Shown here: positions 8,702 to 19,077 of the stretch, in pieces | Position numbering within the stretch: the first letter of the stretch is position 1 | Layout: the number at the start of each line of letters is the position of its first letter | Source: Candidatus Eiseniibacteriota bacterium | Lineage (GTDB): Bacteria; Eisenbacteria; RBG-16-71-46; CAVPCR01; CBDCWB01 | NCBI GenBank assembly: GCA_965223205.1 | Contig: OZ244990.1 | Span: forward strand, 2,761,632 to 2,825,631 | Direction: 5' to 3' | DNA: 64,000 nucleotides | Translations under genes and position numbers: made by a program | The notes under the pieces: generated by a model | Seen by the model: only the letters and a program-made list of their open reading frames with translations | Told to the model about the DNA's origin: nothing | The model's database searches: none

Positions 8702-10146
8702 TTGAGTTTCCCGTCATCGACTTGCGACTGCTTTGGCCCGAGTTGATTCTGGCGCTCGGCGCCACGCTCCTCTTGTTGAGCGAGCCGGGCGCCAGTCGCC
8801 GGCAGTCCCGCTGGCCGGCGGTGGCAGCGCTCTTGATCGGGGTGGCGGCCATTGCCAGCCTTTGGTTTACCGGGAGCGGTGGCCAGACCGGCGATCACAT
8901 GCTCTGGGTCGACTCGTTCACCCAGTTCTTCCGTGTGCTCATTTTGGGGTCCACCCTCCTGGTCTTGTTGATGGCGCCGGCCTACGTGCGCCGGCTCCAG
9001 ATCGAGAGCGGTGAGTTCTACGCGCTGATTTTGTTTGCTGCTCTGGGCGCCATTCTGATGGCGGGCGCCCAGAATTTCGTGGTCTTGTTCTTGGGCTTGG
9101 AGGTGCACTCCATCGCCCTCTACGTCTTGGCCGGGTCGCGGGTCGATCGGATGGAGTCCGAGGAGTCGGCGCTCAAGTATCTGTTGCTGGGTGCCTTTGC
9201 CTCGGCGTTCCTCCTGTACGGCATCGCCCTGATTTATGCCACCACCGGCACCATGAACCTGACCGAGGTGGCCGCGGTGCTCCGGGCCGGTGAGCCCGAC
9301 CGGCTCATGCTCTACGCCGGCGTCGGGCTGGTCATTGTCGGGCTAGGTTTCAAAATCGCTGCCGTGCCGTTTCACATGTGGACCCCCGATGTGTACGAAG
9401 GGGCACCGACGGTGGTCACCGCTCTCATGACCGTCGTGCCGAAGGCGGCAGCCTTTGCAGCGGTGCTCCGTGTGTTCACCATCGGCCTGGTGCCGGTCAT
9501 GGGGCACTGGCAGCCCATCTGGCTGGTGCTGGCGGTGTTGACGATGTCGGTCGGCAACCTGCTGGCGTTGGGCCAAACGAGCCTCAAGCGACTGCTGGCC
9601 TATTCCTCCATCGCCCACGCCGGCTACCTCCTGGTGGGCGTGGTGGCCGGCACCGAGTTGGGCCGCTCGGCGGTCCTCTACTACCTCGTTGCCTATGCGC
9701 TGATGAATCTGGGTGCGTTTGCGGTGATCTCGATGTTCGAGCGCTCGGACGGCCGACAGGCGCTTGAATCGTACGACGGCCTAGCGGTGCGCCAACCGGT
9801 GGTGGGGGGCATGCTGGCCCTGTTCATGTTCTCGTTGGCGGGGATTCCGCCGACCGCCGGCTTCATGGGTAAGCTGATGCTCTTCCGCGCCGCGGTCGAG
9901 GCTGGTCACCAGGGTCTGGCGATCATCGCCGTCCTCAACAGCGTGGTGGCGGCGTACTACTACTTGCGGGTCGTCGTCGCCGTGACCATGCGGGAGCCCA
10001 GTGAATCCGCCCCACCGGTGGTCGCCACGCCGTGGGGAGTGTGGGTGACGATCGCCGTCGCCGCGCTGGGCACCCTGCAATTTGGGCTGATCCCGGGTTT
10101 CGTCTACGACTTCGCCCGCGCCTCCACCCGCTTCCTACTGGGCTAG
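8698..10146 (+). CDS. nuoN: NADH-quinone oxidoreductase subunit N
   Basis: ESALKYLLLGAFAS, FKIAAVPFHMWTPDVYEGAPT, KRLLAYSSIAHAGY. Confidence 0.96.
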   Translation: MIEFPVIDLRLLWPELILALGATLLLLSEPGASRRQSRWPAVAALLIGVAAIASLWFTGSGGQTGDHMLWVDSFTQFFRVLILGSTLLVLLMAPAYVRRLQIESGEFYALILFAALGAILMAGAQNFVVLFLGLEVHSIALYVLAGSRVDRMESEESALKYLLLGAFASAFLLYGIALIYATTGTMNLTEVAAVLRAGEPDRLMLYAGVGLVIVGLGFKIAAVPFHMWTPDVYEGAPTVVTALMTVVPKAAAFAAVLRVFTIGLVPVMGHWQPIWLVLAVLTMSVGNLLALGQTSLKRLLAYSSIAHAGYLLVGVVAGTELGRSAVLYYLVAYALMNLGAFAVISMFERSDGRQALESYDGLAVRQPVVGGMLALFMFSLAGIPPTAGFMGKLMLFRAAVEAGHQGLAIIAVLNSVVAAYYYLRVVVAVTMREPSESAPPVVATPWGVWVTIAVAALGTLQFGLIPGFVYDFARASTRFLLG

Positions 10147-11378
10147 CTCCACAACTCGACGGTCACCACTTCGCCGGCATCCAGCTGCGTTGTCTCGGCG
10201 TCGACGATGCAAAGCCCGTTGGCGCGCGTAGCCGACGCCAAGTTCCCTGAATCCTGGGCGCCCGCCAAGCGGGCATGCCAGCGACCGGCGCGCACCTCAA
10301 GGATGGCGCGCATGTAGTGGGTCTTGCCGGCGGCTTTGGTGATGGAGTGATCCAGGATTGCCCCAAACCGCGGACGATCGGGGGCCGGGACACCGCCCAT
10401 GACGCCGAGGGCCGGTCGCACGAATTGGTCAAAGACCACGAGCGACGACACCGGGTTGCCGGGTAGCCCGAAGATAAGACGACCCTCGGCCACTCCGAAG
10501 ACTTGCGGCTTCCCCGGCTTCATGGCCACTTGATAGGCCTGCACATCTCCGAATTGGGTGAGGATGTGGCGGGTGTGGTCGAAATCACCTACCGAAACAC
10601 CCCCAGTGGTTAAGAGGCAGTCCGCCGTCTCCAGGCCGCGGCGCACGCGGGCTTCGACGGCGGTCGGGTCATCGCCGACCCAGCCGAGGTCGATGGGCAC
10701 CCCACCGGCGGCGCTGATGGCTCCGATCAACCCATAGCGATTGGAGTCACGGATTTGCCCCGGTCCCGGCTCCTGGCAGACCGGCACCAACTCGTCACCG
10801 GTTGAAAGGACGGCGACGCGGGGTTGGGCATAGACCGGCACCGGATCGACGCCCACCGCCGCCAAGACGCTGAGCTGGGCCGGCCCCAGGCGCGTGCCGG
10901 CCTCGAGAACGAGGTCCCCTTGGTGGACTGCTTCTCCGCGCCGGCGGATGTGTTGTCCGGCGCGCGGCGCTCGGGAGATGGCCACCGACTCCGTCCCTCG
11001 GGGCTCGGTGTCCTCGACCATGACCACCGCGTCGGCACCTTCCGGCAGCGGGGCGCCGGTCATAATGCGGACAACGGTGCCCTTCTCGCAGGTGAAGTCG
11101 GCGCGTTGGCCGGCGGCGACGGTGGTTACAATCGGTAGGATTACCGGCGCGGCGCCCGAGGCGCGCTCTACATCGGCGGCGCGCACCGCAAAGCCGTCCA
11201 TCGCCGAATGGTCGAAGGGCGGCAGGTCGCCGCTTGCCGAGACGCATTCGGCAAGGACCCGACCGCCGGCCTCGGTGAGTCCAATCGTCGTGGCGGTGAG
11301 CGGGCGCACAGCCGCCTGTACAAGCGCCCTGAAGCTATCGGGGTCGATGGCCGTGTGGGTGGTGGGGACGCCGGTCAT
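10143..11378 (-). CDS. moeA: Molybdopterin molybdotransferase
   Basis: PPFDHSAMDGFAV, RIMTGAPLPEGADAVV, STGDEL, GGVSVGDFD, GLPGNPVS. ATG 11378 overlaps the upstream stop (ATGA). Confidence 0.95.
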   Translation of the reverse strand: MTGVPTTHTAIDPDSFRALVQAAVRPLTATTIGLTEAGGRVLAECVSASGDLPPFDHSAMDGFAVRAADVERASGAAPVILPIVTTVAAGQRADFTCEKGTVVRIMTGAPLPEGADAVVMVEDTEPRGTESVAISRAPRAGQHIRRRGEAVHQGDLVLEAGTRLGPAQLSVLAAVGVDPVPVYAQPRVAVLSTGDELVPVCQEPGPGQIRDSNRYGLIGAISAAGGVPIDLGWVGDDPTAVEARVRRGLETADCLLTTGGVSVGDFDHTRHILTQFGDVQAYQVAMKPGKPQVFGVAEGRLIFGLPGNPVSSLVVFDQFVRPALGVMGGVPAPDRPRFGAILDHSITKAAGKTHYMRAILEVRAGRWHARLAGAQDSGNLASATRANGLCIVDAETTQLDAGEVVTVELWS

Positions 11379-11875
11379 CGGTCGAGCGACGGGTGGGCCG
11401 GGTGCTCGGCGCGCCCGGCCAGGATGTTCACCCCGTGGCGGAGCGCCTCGTAGACTTGATCCAGACATTCAGCCACCGCCTTGGGGTTGCCGGGCAAGTT
11501 GACGACGGCGGTGTCGGCGCGAATCCCGGCGACGCCGCGCGACAGGACGGCCGCGGGGGTGTGCGCCGCCGAGGCGGCGCGCATGGCTTCGGCGATGCCC
11601 GGTGCCTGGCGCTCCAAGACCGCCAGCGTCGCTTCGGGGGTCACGTCCCGGGGCGCGAAGCCAGTGCCGCCACTGGTCAGGATCAGCTCCACGTCGGGGC
11701 GGGCGGCGGTCTCGATGAGCCAAGCGCTGATCAGCTCCGCTTCATCGGCCACGCATGCTGCCTCGACGACCCGGTCGCCCCGGGCCTCAACGTAGTCCCG
11801 CATGGCCGGGCCCGAGCGGTCGCCGGTGGTGCCCTCGGAGACCCGGTCGGAGACTGTTAAGAGGGCGACGTTCAT
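11375..11875 (-). CDS. mogA: Molybdopterin adenylyltransferase (MogA/MoaB family)
   Basis: LTVSDR, D.SGP, TSGGTGFAPRDVTPEAT, NLPGNPKA. Confidence 0.92.
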   Translation of the reverse strand: MNVALLTVSDRVSEGTTGDRSGPAMRDYVEARGDRVVEAACVADEAELISAWLIETAARPDVELILTSGGTGFAPRDVTPEATLAVLERQAPGIAEAMRAASAAHTPAAVLSRGVAGIRADTAVVNLPGNPKAVAECLDQVYEALRHGVNILAGRAEHPAHPSLDR

Positions 11876-12372
11876 CGTCTGGGTCCAGGGTGGCGGAAAT
11901 CACCGCTCTGGCCGCCACTTTTTTCGGCCAGGTAAACCGACTCGATGATCATGGCGCGGTCGATCGCCTTCAGCATGTCGTAGAGACCCAGGGCCGCGGC
12001 GGACGCTGCCACCAGTGCTTCCATTTCGACGCCGGTGCGCCCGCGCGCGCGCGCCGTTGCGGAGATCGTGACGCGCCGCTGGTCGCCGTCGAGCTGGAAG
12101 TCGATTTCCACCTGATCCAACGGCACCGTGTGGCAGAGGGGGATCCAGTCGGCGGTGCGTTTGGCCGCCTGGATGCCGGCCAGCCGCGCGACCCCCAGGG
12201 CGTTGCCTTTGGGAACGGTCCCAGCGCTGAGTGTTTCGAACGCCTCGGCCGACATCTGGAGCGTGGCAAGCGCTACGGCGCGCCGTTGAGTCTCGGGCTT
12301 GGCGCCGACATCCACCATGTGTGCATTGCCCTCGGCATCGAGATGCGTCCAAGCTTGTTGACGATCCGCCAT
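11872..12372 (-). CDS. moaC: Cyclic pyranopterin monophosphate synthase
   Basis: HLD..G.AHMVDV, ARLAGIQAAKRTADWIPLCH, TGVEMEAL, YDMLKAIDR, KSGGQSG. Confidence 0.97.
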   Translation of the reverse strand: MADRQQAWTHLDAEGNAHMVDVGAKPETQRRAVALATLQMSAEAFETLSAGTVPKGNALGVARLAGIQAAKRTADWIPLCHTVPLDQVEIDFQLDGDQRRVTISATARARGRTGVEMEALVAASAAALGLYDMLKAIDRAMIIESVYLAEKSGGQSGDFRHPGPRR

Positions 12373-12424
12373 CCAGAGACCATATCACGGTGCCAGCCAG
12401 CCCCCGTGCTACGATCGCCGGCCC

Positions 12425-13465
12425 ATGGCGAGTGAACCCGGGTACAAAGTCGGCAAGCGGATTTCCCCGCGCCAGGCTGCGGTGTTGCAGAGTCAGGATG
12501 TAGTCGGTTCGACGCCGGCCATGCGGCGCCTGTTTCGCTTCATCGAAAAAATTGCCAAGACCGACAGCTCGGTCTTGATCACGGGTGAGTCGGGGACCGG
12601 CAAGGAGCTGGTGGCGCGCTCGATTCACATGCTCTCGGACCGCGCCGACGCCCCCTTTTTGCCGGTCAACGCCGCCGCGCTCCCGGAGACGCTGGTCGAG
12701 AGCGAGTTGTTTGGGCACGCCAAGGGTGCGTTTACCGGCGCCGACCGCGCCAAGACCGGGCTGGTGGACATGGCCGCCGGCGGTACGTTGTTCCTCGATG
12801 AAGTTGCCGAGATGCCGCTGCCGCTTCAGGCAAAACTCCTGCGCATGCTCCAGTTCGGCGAGGTGCGGGCGGTGGGCGCCGCCGACGTGCGGCGCGTTGA
12901 CGTGCGGGTGGTGGCCGCTACCAACATGCCGCCCAAGCGCGCCATCCGCGAAGGGCGGCTGCGGGAAGACCTCTACTACCGGTTGAGCGTCTTTCACCTG
13001 GAGGTGCCGCCGCTTCGCGAGCGGCGCGAGGACATTCCGCTTTTGGCCAGCTATTTTCTAGAAAAGTTCTGCCAGCGCTCGGGCAAGCGCATGATGCGGA
13101 TCGACCAAGAGGCGCAGGTGGCGCTCTTGCGCTACGACTATCCGGGCAACGTCCGCGAGTTGGAAAACGCCATGGAGCGGGCCGTCGCCTTGGCCGACGG
13201 AGCCACCATCACCCTGGCTGAGTTGCCGCGGGAAATTGTCGAACGGCGCTTTCCCAGCTTGCCCGGCGGTGGTCTCGCCCCCGACGCCGAGCCCACCGCC
13301 GGGGGTGCTTACCCGGTGGATTGGACGCTGGAGGAAGTGGAGCGCGTGCACATCGAGCGCGTCCTGGCCGATGTCGACGGCAACGCCACCCTGGCCGCTG
13401 AGCGGTTGGGTATTTCGCGGACCACCCTCTGGCGGAAGATGAAGCGCTACCAGATCGAGCGCTAG
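12425..13465 (+). CDS. Sigma54-dependent activator (AAA+ and Fis-type HTH) with no N-terminal regulatory domain
   Basis: [37 protein letters not shown]-type [14 protein letters not shown]-terminal [15 protein letters not shown]. Only ~25 aa precede the AAA domain. Confidence 0.94.
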   Translation: MASEPGYKVGKRISPRQAAVLQSQDVVGSTPAMRRLFRFIEKIAKTDSSVLITGESGTGKELVARSIHMLSDRADAPFLPVNAAALPETLVESELFGHAKGAFTGADRAKTGLVDMAAGGTLFLDEVAEMPLPLQAKLLRMLQFGEVRAVGAADVRRVDVRVVAATNMPPKRAIREGRLREDLYYRLSVFHLEVPPLRERREDIPLLASYFLEKFCQRSGKRMMRIDQEAQVALLRYDYPGNVRELENAMERAVALADGATITLAELPREIVERRFPSLPGGGLAPDAEPTAGGAYPVDWTLEEVERVHIERVLADVDGNATLAAERLGISRTTLWRKMKRYQIER

Positions 13466-13491
13466 GACCGCGCCGCGAAGCAGTGGCAGCC

Positions 13492-13552
13492 GCTGCATTG
13501 TGTAACACCCGCCGAACGCCGCTCAAGCTCAGTGACCGTTTCATGTTGCACC
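13492..13552. promoter_or_regulatory. Two related imperfect palindromes, candidate sigma54 upstream activator sites
   Basis: GCTGCA-TTG-TGTAAC (13492-13506) and GTTTCA-TGT-TGCACC (13538-13552), both approximating GTTKCA-N3-TGMAAC. They lie about 60-120 nt upstream of the -24 element. Confidence 0.45.
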
Positions 13553-13613
13553 GCTGGCGCGATTGGGATTTACTAAGTGATGTATTGGTATTGACTTATA
13601 GAATTTATGCTAG

Positions 13614-13629
13614 TGGCATGCCGATTGCT
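13614..13629 (+). promoter_or_regulatory. Sigma54 (-24/-12) promoter upstream of dnaK
   Basis: TGGCATG-CCGA-TTGCT with exact GG-N10-GC spacing, preceded by an AT-rich tract (13561-13612). Confidence 0.75.
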
Positions 13630-13688
13630 CATCTAACCCGGCGACCCGTAGCCTTTTGAGTTTGATTCGGAAAGGGGCCACACCACGC

Positions 13689-15584
<1,896 letters not shown>

Positions 15585-15810
15585 CCGGCCCATTGGCTCA
15601 TGCGCGGGCGGTACCAGCTTGGTATCGCCCCGCCGTCACTGCCGCTGTAAAAGGCGCGTCAGTCAGCCGCGAACCGCCGGCACCGCTCGAACCATCCTCG
15701 AACCGCCGGTGTAGTCAGGCGAAGAAAGCCTGCCCAGGAAGACAACCACCGCCGGCCAAATCCGCCGGCCCGACCCCCGTGTGTTACGAGTTCTTTGGAG
15801 GAACCAACCC

Positions 15811-17334
15811 ATGAGTCGACTGACGATCGTCAAACGCGGAGGCCCACTGGTCGTGGCCGGTGTTATCGCCGGACTCGTCCTGGCTGCCGGTCTCAACTGG
15901 ACGAGCGTTTCTAAGAGCCAGACGCAGGAGCTGGCTGGTTCGGACGCCGAGGTGCCGGCTGAGCTCTTGGTATTCGATCAGTTCAACCGCGCCTTTCAGA
16001 CGGCCGCCGAGTTGGCCCGCCCCAGCGTTGTCACCGTCACCTCGGAGCGCGTCGTCCGGCCTACCGAGCGCCGCGTGCCCGACAGCCACCCGTTCCGGGA
16101 GTTTTTTGGCGAAGACTTCCTGGACCGCTTCTGGAATTTCCATGGGGGCGACGAGTTTCGCTCCAATGGCCTGGGATCGGGCGTCATCGTTTCCGAGGAC
16201 GGTCTCGTCTTGACCAACAACCACGTTATCGACAGCGCCGACCAGATCCAGGTGGTCTTGGCCGATGACCGCGAATACGCCGCCGAGGTGGTCGGCACCG
16301 ACCCGGCCTCCGACCTCGCCCTGTTGCGAATCGACGCCGGCGACCTGCCGCTGATTCGCTTCGGGCGCTCCGAAGACTTGCGAGTCGGGGAGTGGGTAAT
16401 GGCGGTGGGGAGTCCGTTCAACAAAAACTTGGACCAAACTGTCACCGCCGGCATCGTCAGCGCCAAGGGCCGCCAATCCGTGGGGATCGTCGACTTCGAG
16501 GACTTCATTCAGACAGACGCCGCCATCAACCCGGGTAACTCCGGGGGCGCGCTCATCAACATGCGCGGCGAGTTGGTGGGGATCAACACGGCAATCGCGA
16601 CGCGATCGGGCGGCGGGCAGGGGGTCGGCTTCGCCATCCCCATCGCCATGGCGCGCTCGGTGATGAACGACCTCTTGAACGAAGGTCGCGTCATCCGTGG
16701 CTGGCTGGGCGTCGTCATCCGCACGGTCGACGAGGACTTAGCCGCCGGTCTTGATCTGGAGACGCAGCGTGGAGTCCTAATCAACGACCTCACCGAGGAC
16801 GGGCCGGCCCACCAGGCCGGTGTGGAGCGCGGTGACGTGGTCCTGGAGTTCAACGGCACCGAGGTGAAAGACGCCGACCACCTGCAGAACCTGGTGGCCG
16901 CCGTCAAGCCTGGTGGCTCGTGTGAGCTCGAGGTCTGGCGCGATGGCAAGCGCCGGGACTTGGCGGTCAAACTCGGCGAGCGTCCGGAAGATCCGAGCGC
17001 TGTCTTCGCCGGTGGCTCCGAGCCGTCAGCGAGCGATGCTGTCGCCCAGTTGGGACTCAGCCTGCGTGAACTGCCTGCCGCCGAGGCGCGCGAGATGGAC
17101 CTCGAACAAGGGGTCCTGGTGCATGGCATTCGTCGCGGAAGCCCGGCGGCGGCTAAGAACATCCGCCAGGGGGATGTCCTCTTGGAGGTCGACCGCCAGG
17201 GGGTTTCGAGCCCCAAGGACGTGGCGGCGGCGTTGGATGACTTGGAGCCCACCGATCCGGTCCTGTTGCTGCTCCAGCGCGGCCAAACAACGTTCTACAC
17301 CGCGCTCAAGATGCCGGCCGAGACCGACGATTAG
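15811..17334 (+). CDS. degP: DegP/HtrA (Do family) periplasmic serine protease with two PDZ domains
   Basis: GLGSGVIV, TNNHV, DPASDLA, IQTDAAINPGNSGG. GGAGG RBS before ATG 15811. Confidence 0.93.
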   Translation: MSRLTIVKRGGPLVVAGVIAGLVLAAGLNWTSVSKSQTQELAGSDAEVPAELLVFDQFNRAFQTAAELARPSVVTVTSERVVRPTERRVPDSHPFREFFGEDFLDRFWNFHGGDEFRSNGLGSGVIVSEDGLVLTNNHVIDSADQIQVVLADDREYAAEVVGTDPASDLALLRIDAGDLPLIRFGRSEDLRVGEWVMAVGSPFNKNLDQTVTAGIVSAKGRQSVGIVDFEDFIQTDAAINPGNSGGALINMRGELVGINTAIATRSGGGQGVGFAIPIAMARSVMNDLLNEGRVIRGWLGVVIRTVDEDLAAGLDLETQRGVLINDLTEDGPAHQAGVERGDVVLEFNGTEVKDADHLQNLVAAVKPGGSCELEVWRDGKRRDLAVKLGERPEDPSAVFAGGSEPSASDAVAQLGLSLRELPAAEAREMDLEQGVLVHGIRRGSPAAAKNIRQGDVLLEVDRQGVSSPKDVAAALDDLEPTDPVLLLLQRGQTTFYTALKMPAETDD

Positions 17335-17417
17335 CCAGAAGGGGAGGCGAGCACCGGCAGGCCGCCCGGGTCGGCCTTGGAATCTTGGAACCCTTGTTGC
17401 AGAACGGGTTTGATGCC

Positions 17418-17423
17418 TATAAT
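17418..17423 (+). promoter_or_regulatory. Consensus -10 element at the head of a long non-coding stretch
   Basis: TATAAT, with TTGTTG 18 nt upstream as a weak -35. Predicted start near 17430. Confidence 0.55.
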
Positions 17424-17430
17424 GCGATAA

Positions 17431-17943
17431 GGTGTGCCCTTCTGCGCGGCGACTGAACGTGAGGTGAGCGGGCGAGGTTGGTTTCTGGGCGCTCCAGGCA
17501 ACCCGCCTCGCTCCCCAGCCCAAAACGGCTCGGGCGGTCGAGGACGCGCAGGGCCCAGATGAGTCAGTTGGATTTTGCTTTGGTGAGAGGTGCCAGGCAC
17601 GCGTTATGGCGCCGATGGTCGCGCAGGACTTGCCCCGGCCCGGCGCCCAGCGCCTCTGAGTAGAATGCCTGCCGGCGCGCCGACCGGTTCAGCCAACGAG
17701 GGCTGGGCTACGGAGGCGGCCGCGAAGAGCAGGTGAGATGCACGACGCGCGTAGTCGATCCGCTAGCGTCAACTTGGATCTGATCGACCGCGCTGGGATG
17801 GCCGTTGCCGTCCCCGCTGGCCTGAGCTAAGAGCAAAGTCCATGACCGCGCTGAGAATAGCCCGGCGCGGTCGCGTCCGGTGCCGTGACTTTTGCGGCGC
17901 CGACAGGAATGGAGCGCATCCATGAAGCTGGGTGCGCTTTTTT
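17431..17943 (+). ncRNA. Candidate large structured non-coding RNA or structured leader (~510 nt), family unassigned
   Basis: Bounded by a promoter and a terminator, no convincing ORF, at least 8 helices found by eye (several with G-U pairs), plus long-range complementarities. See findings. Confidence 0.45.
17913..17943 (+). terminator. Intrinsic terminator or attenuator
   Basis: AGCGCATCCA-TGAAGC-TGGGTGCGCT stem-loop followed by TTTTTGCTTTT, about 20 nt before the next ATG. Confidence 0.75.
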
Positions 17944-17962
17944 GCTTTTGAAAGGTCAACTC

Positions 17963-19069
17963 ATGGCAAGAATCGGACGGCGTGCAGCTGCTTTTCCCAG
18001 GCGGACCCGCGGCACGGAGATCGATGTTGAATTCAAGTTAGATGGTGCCGGTCGGAGCGAGGTCGATAGCCCCTTCGAAGCGCTCAACATGCTGCTCGAG
18101 ATGATGAGCGGCCACGGTCAGATGGATTTGCGTTTGCGCCTCAAGGTCAACGACCGCGCCGACGACACCTACGCGTTGGACGATATGGCCAGCGCGGTGG
18201 CCGAGGCGCTACGGCGCGCGCTTGGCAATCGCCCCAAGGTTCGCCAGTTCGGTACAGAAATCCTGGCCGTCGGTGACACGCTGGTCATGGTGTCCATCGA
18301 TGTAGTGTCGACGCCGGTCTTCCGGTCCAACCTTACCTGGCAGAAGAGCAAGGTGGATGGGGTGCCTACCGCAACGATCGATCGGTTTCTCCGCACGTTT
18401 GTGGATCGATTGGGAGCCAGCCTACATATCCACGAGTTCGCCGGCGACAACGACGCCAACAAGGTGCGCGCCGTCTTTCTGGCCTTGGGAGGCGCTTTGT
18501 GCCAGGCCGCCGAGCCGGTCGATCGGGATGGAGCCCGCGAGGTGGCGGCAGCGATCGACTACGACGACGACGAGGACTACGCTGGTGAACCGCCAGCCGA
18601 GGTGGTGGCGGAGGAGGGTGGTTCTGAAGCGGAGCCCGGCGCGTCCGAGGCCGACTCCGAAGGCCGCCAAAACGGCCGGCGCCGCCGCCGTGGCCGGCGT
18701 GGCGGCCGCCGCCGGCGCGGCCGGGAGGACGCCTCACCCGAGGACGCCGAGCCCGGCGAGGCCGAAGCGGCCCGAGAACCAGTCGAAGCCCACTCGCTGC
18801 ACGAACCCACCGAGAGTTTTCCAGACGACGCTCCCGAGGTGAACGACAGCGATGACCCCGACGACAAGGACGCGCCGCCAGCGCGCGCTCGGCGCCGCCG
18901 CGGCGGACGCGGCCGCGCCCGGGCCCGCCAAACCGGCGGTGAGGGCGCCGTCGACGTGCTCACGGATTCCGAGGGCGACAGCGCTAGCCCGGTTTTGGAC
19001 TTCGTCACCCAAGCCGAGGGTGAATCGGACGCGCGCGCCAGGGGCGGTCGATTCGGGCGCCGGCGCTAG
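17963..19069 (+). CDS. HisB (IGPD)-fold protein lacking the metal ligands, fused to an acidic/Arg-rich low-complexity tail
   Basis: RRTRGTEI.V...LDGAG.S, HG.MDL, LG.R..VRQFG and LHI align with IGPD. HHTVED is replaced by TYALDD and HH..E by ANKVR. The tail has RRRRRGRRGGRRRRGR and D/E runs. GAAAGG RBS. Confidence 0.8.
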   Translation: MARIGRRAAAFPRRTRGTEIDVEFKLDGAGRSEVDSPFEALNMLLEMMSGHGQMDLRLRLKVNDRADDTYALDDMASAVAEALRRALGNRPKVRQFGTEILAVGDTLVMVSIDVVSTPVFRSNLTWQKSKVDGVPTATIDRFLRTFVDRLGASLHIHEFAGDNDANKVRAVFLALGGALCQAAEPVDRDGAREVAAAIDYDDDEDYAGEPPAEVVAEEGGSEAEPGASEADSEGRQNGRRRRRGRRGGRRRRGREDASPEDAEPGEAEAAREPVEAHSLHEPTESFPDDAPEVNDSDDPDDKDAPPARARRRRGGRGRARARQTGGEGAVDVLTDSEGDSASPVLDFVTQAEGESDARARGGRFGRRR

Positions 19070-19077
19070 CCGGCCCC

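Noticed and set aside
13561-13688. CIRCE or sigma70 promoter upstream of dnaK
   Set aside because: No TTAGCACTC-N9-GAGTGCTAA; TTGACT at 13591 has no -10 at proper spacing; the sigma54 motif fits exactly.
17478-17663. Small ORFs within the candidate RNA (61 aa on +; 83 aa on - at 17708-17959)
   Set aside because: No RBS and no recognisable protein features; cannot be fully excluded without Ribo-seq.
17431-17943. Assignment of the non-coding unit to RNase P, tmRNA, T-box, SAM-I, cobalamin or glycine riboswitch, or a group I/II intron
   Set aside because: Only isolated look-alikes (GAGCAAAGTCC, GGTGCCAGG, GAGTAGAATGCCTGCC, 5' GTGTG) in the wrong order or without partner elements; no tRNA-like ends, T-box motif or domain V.
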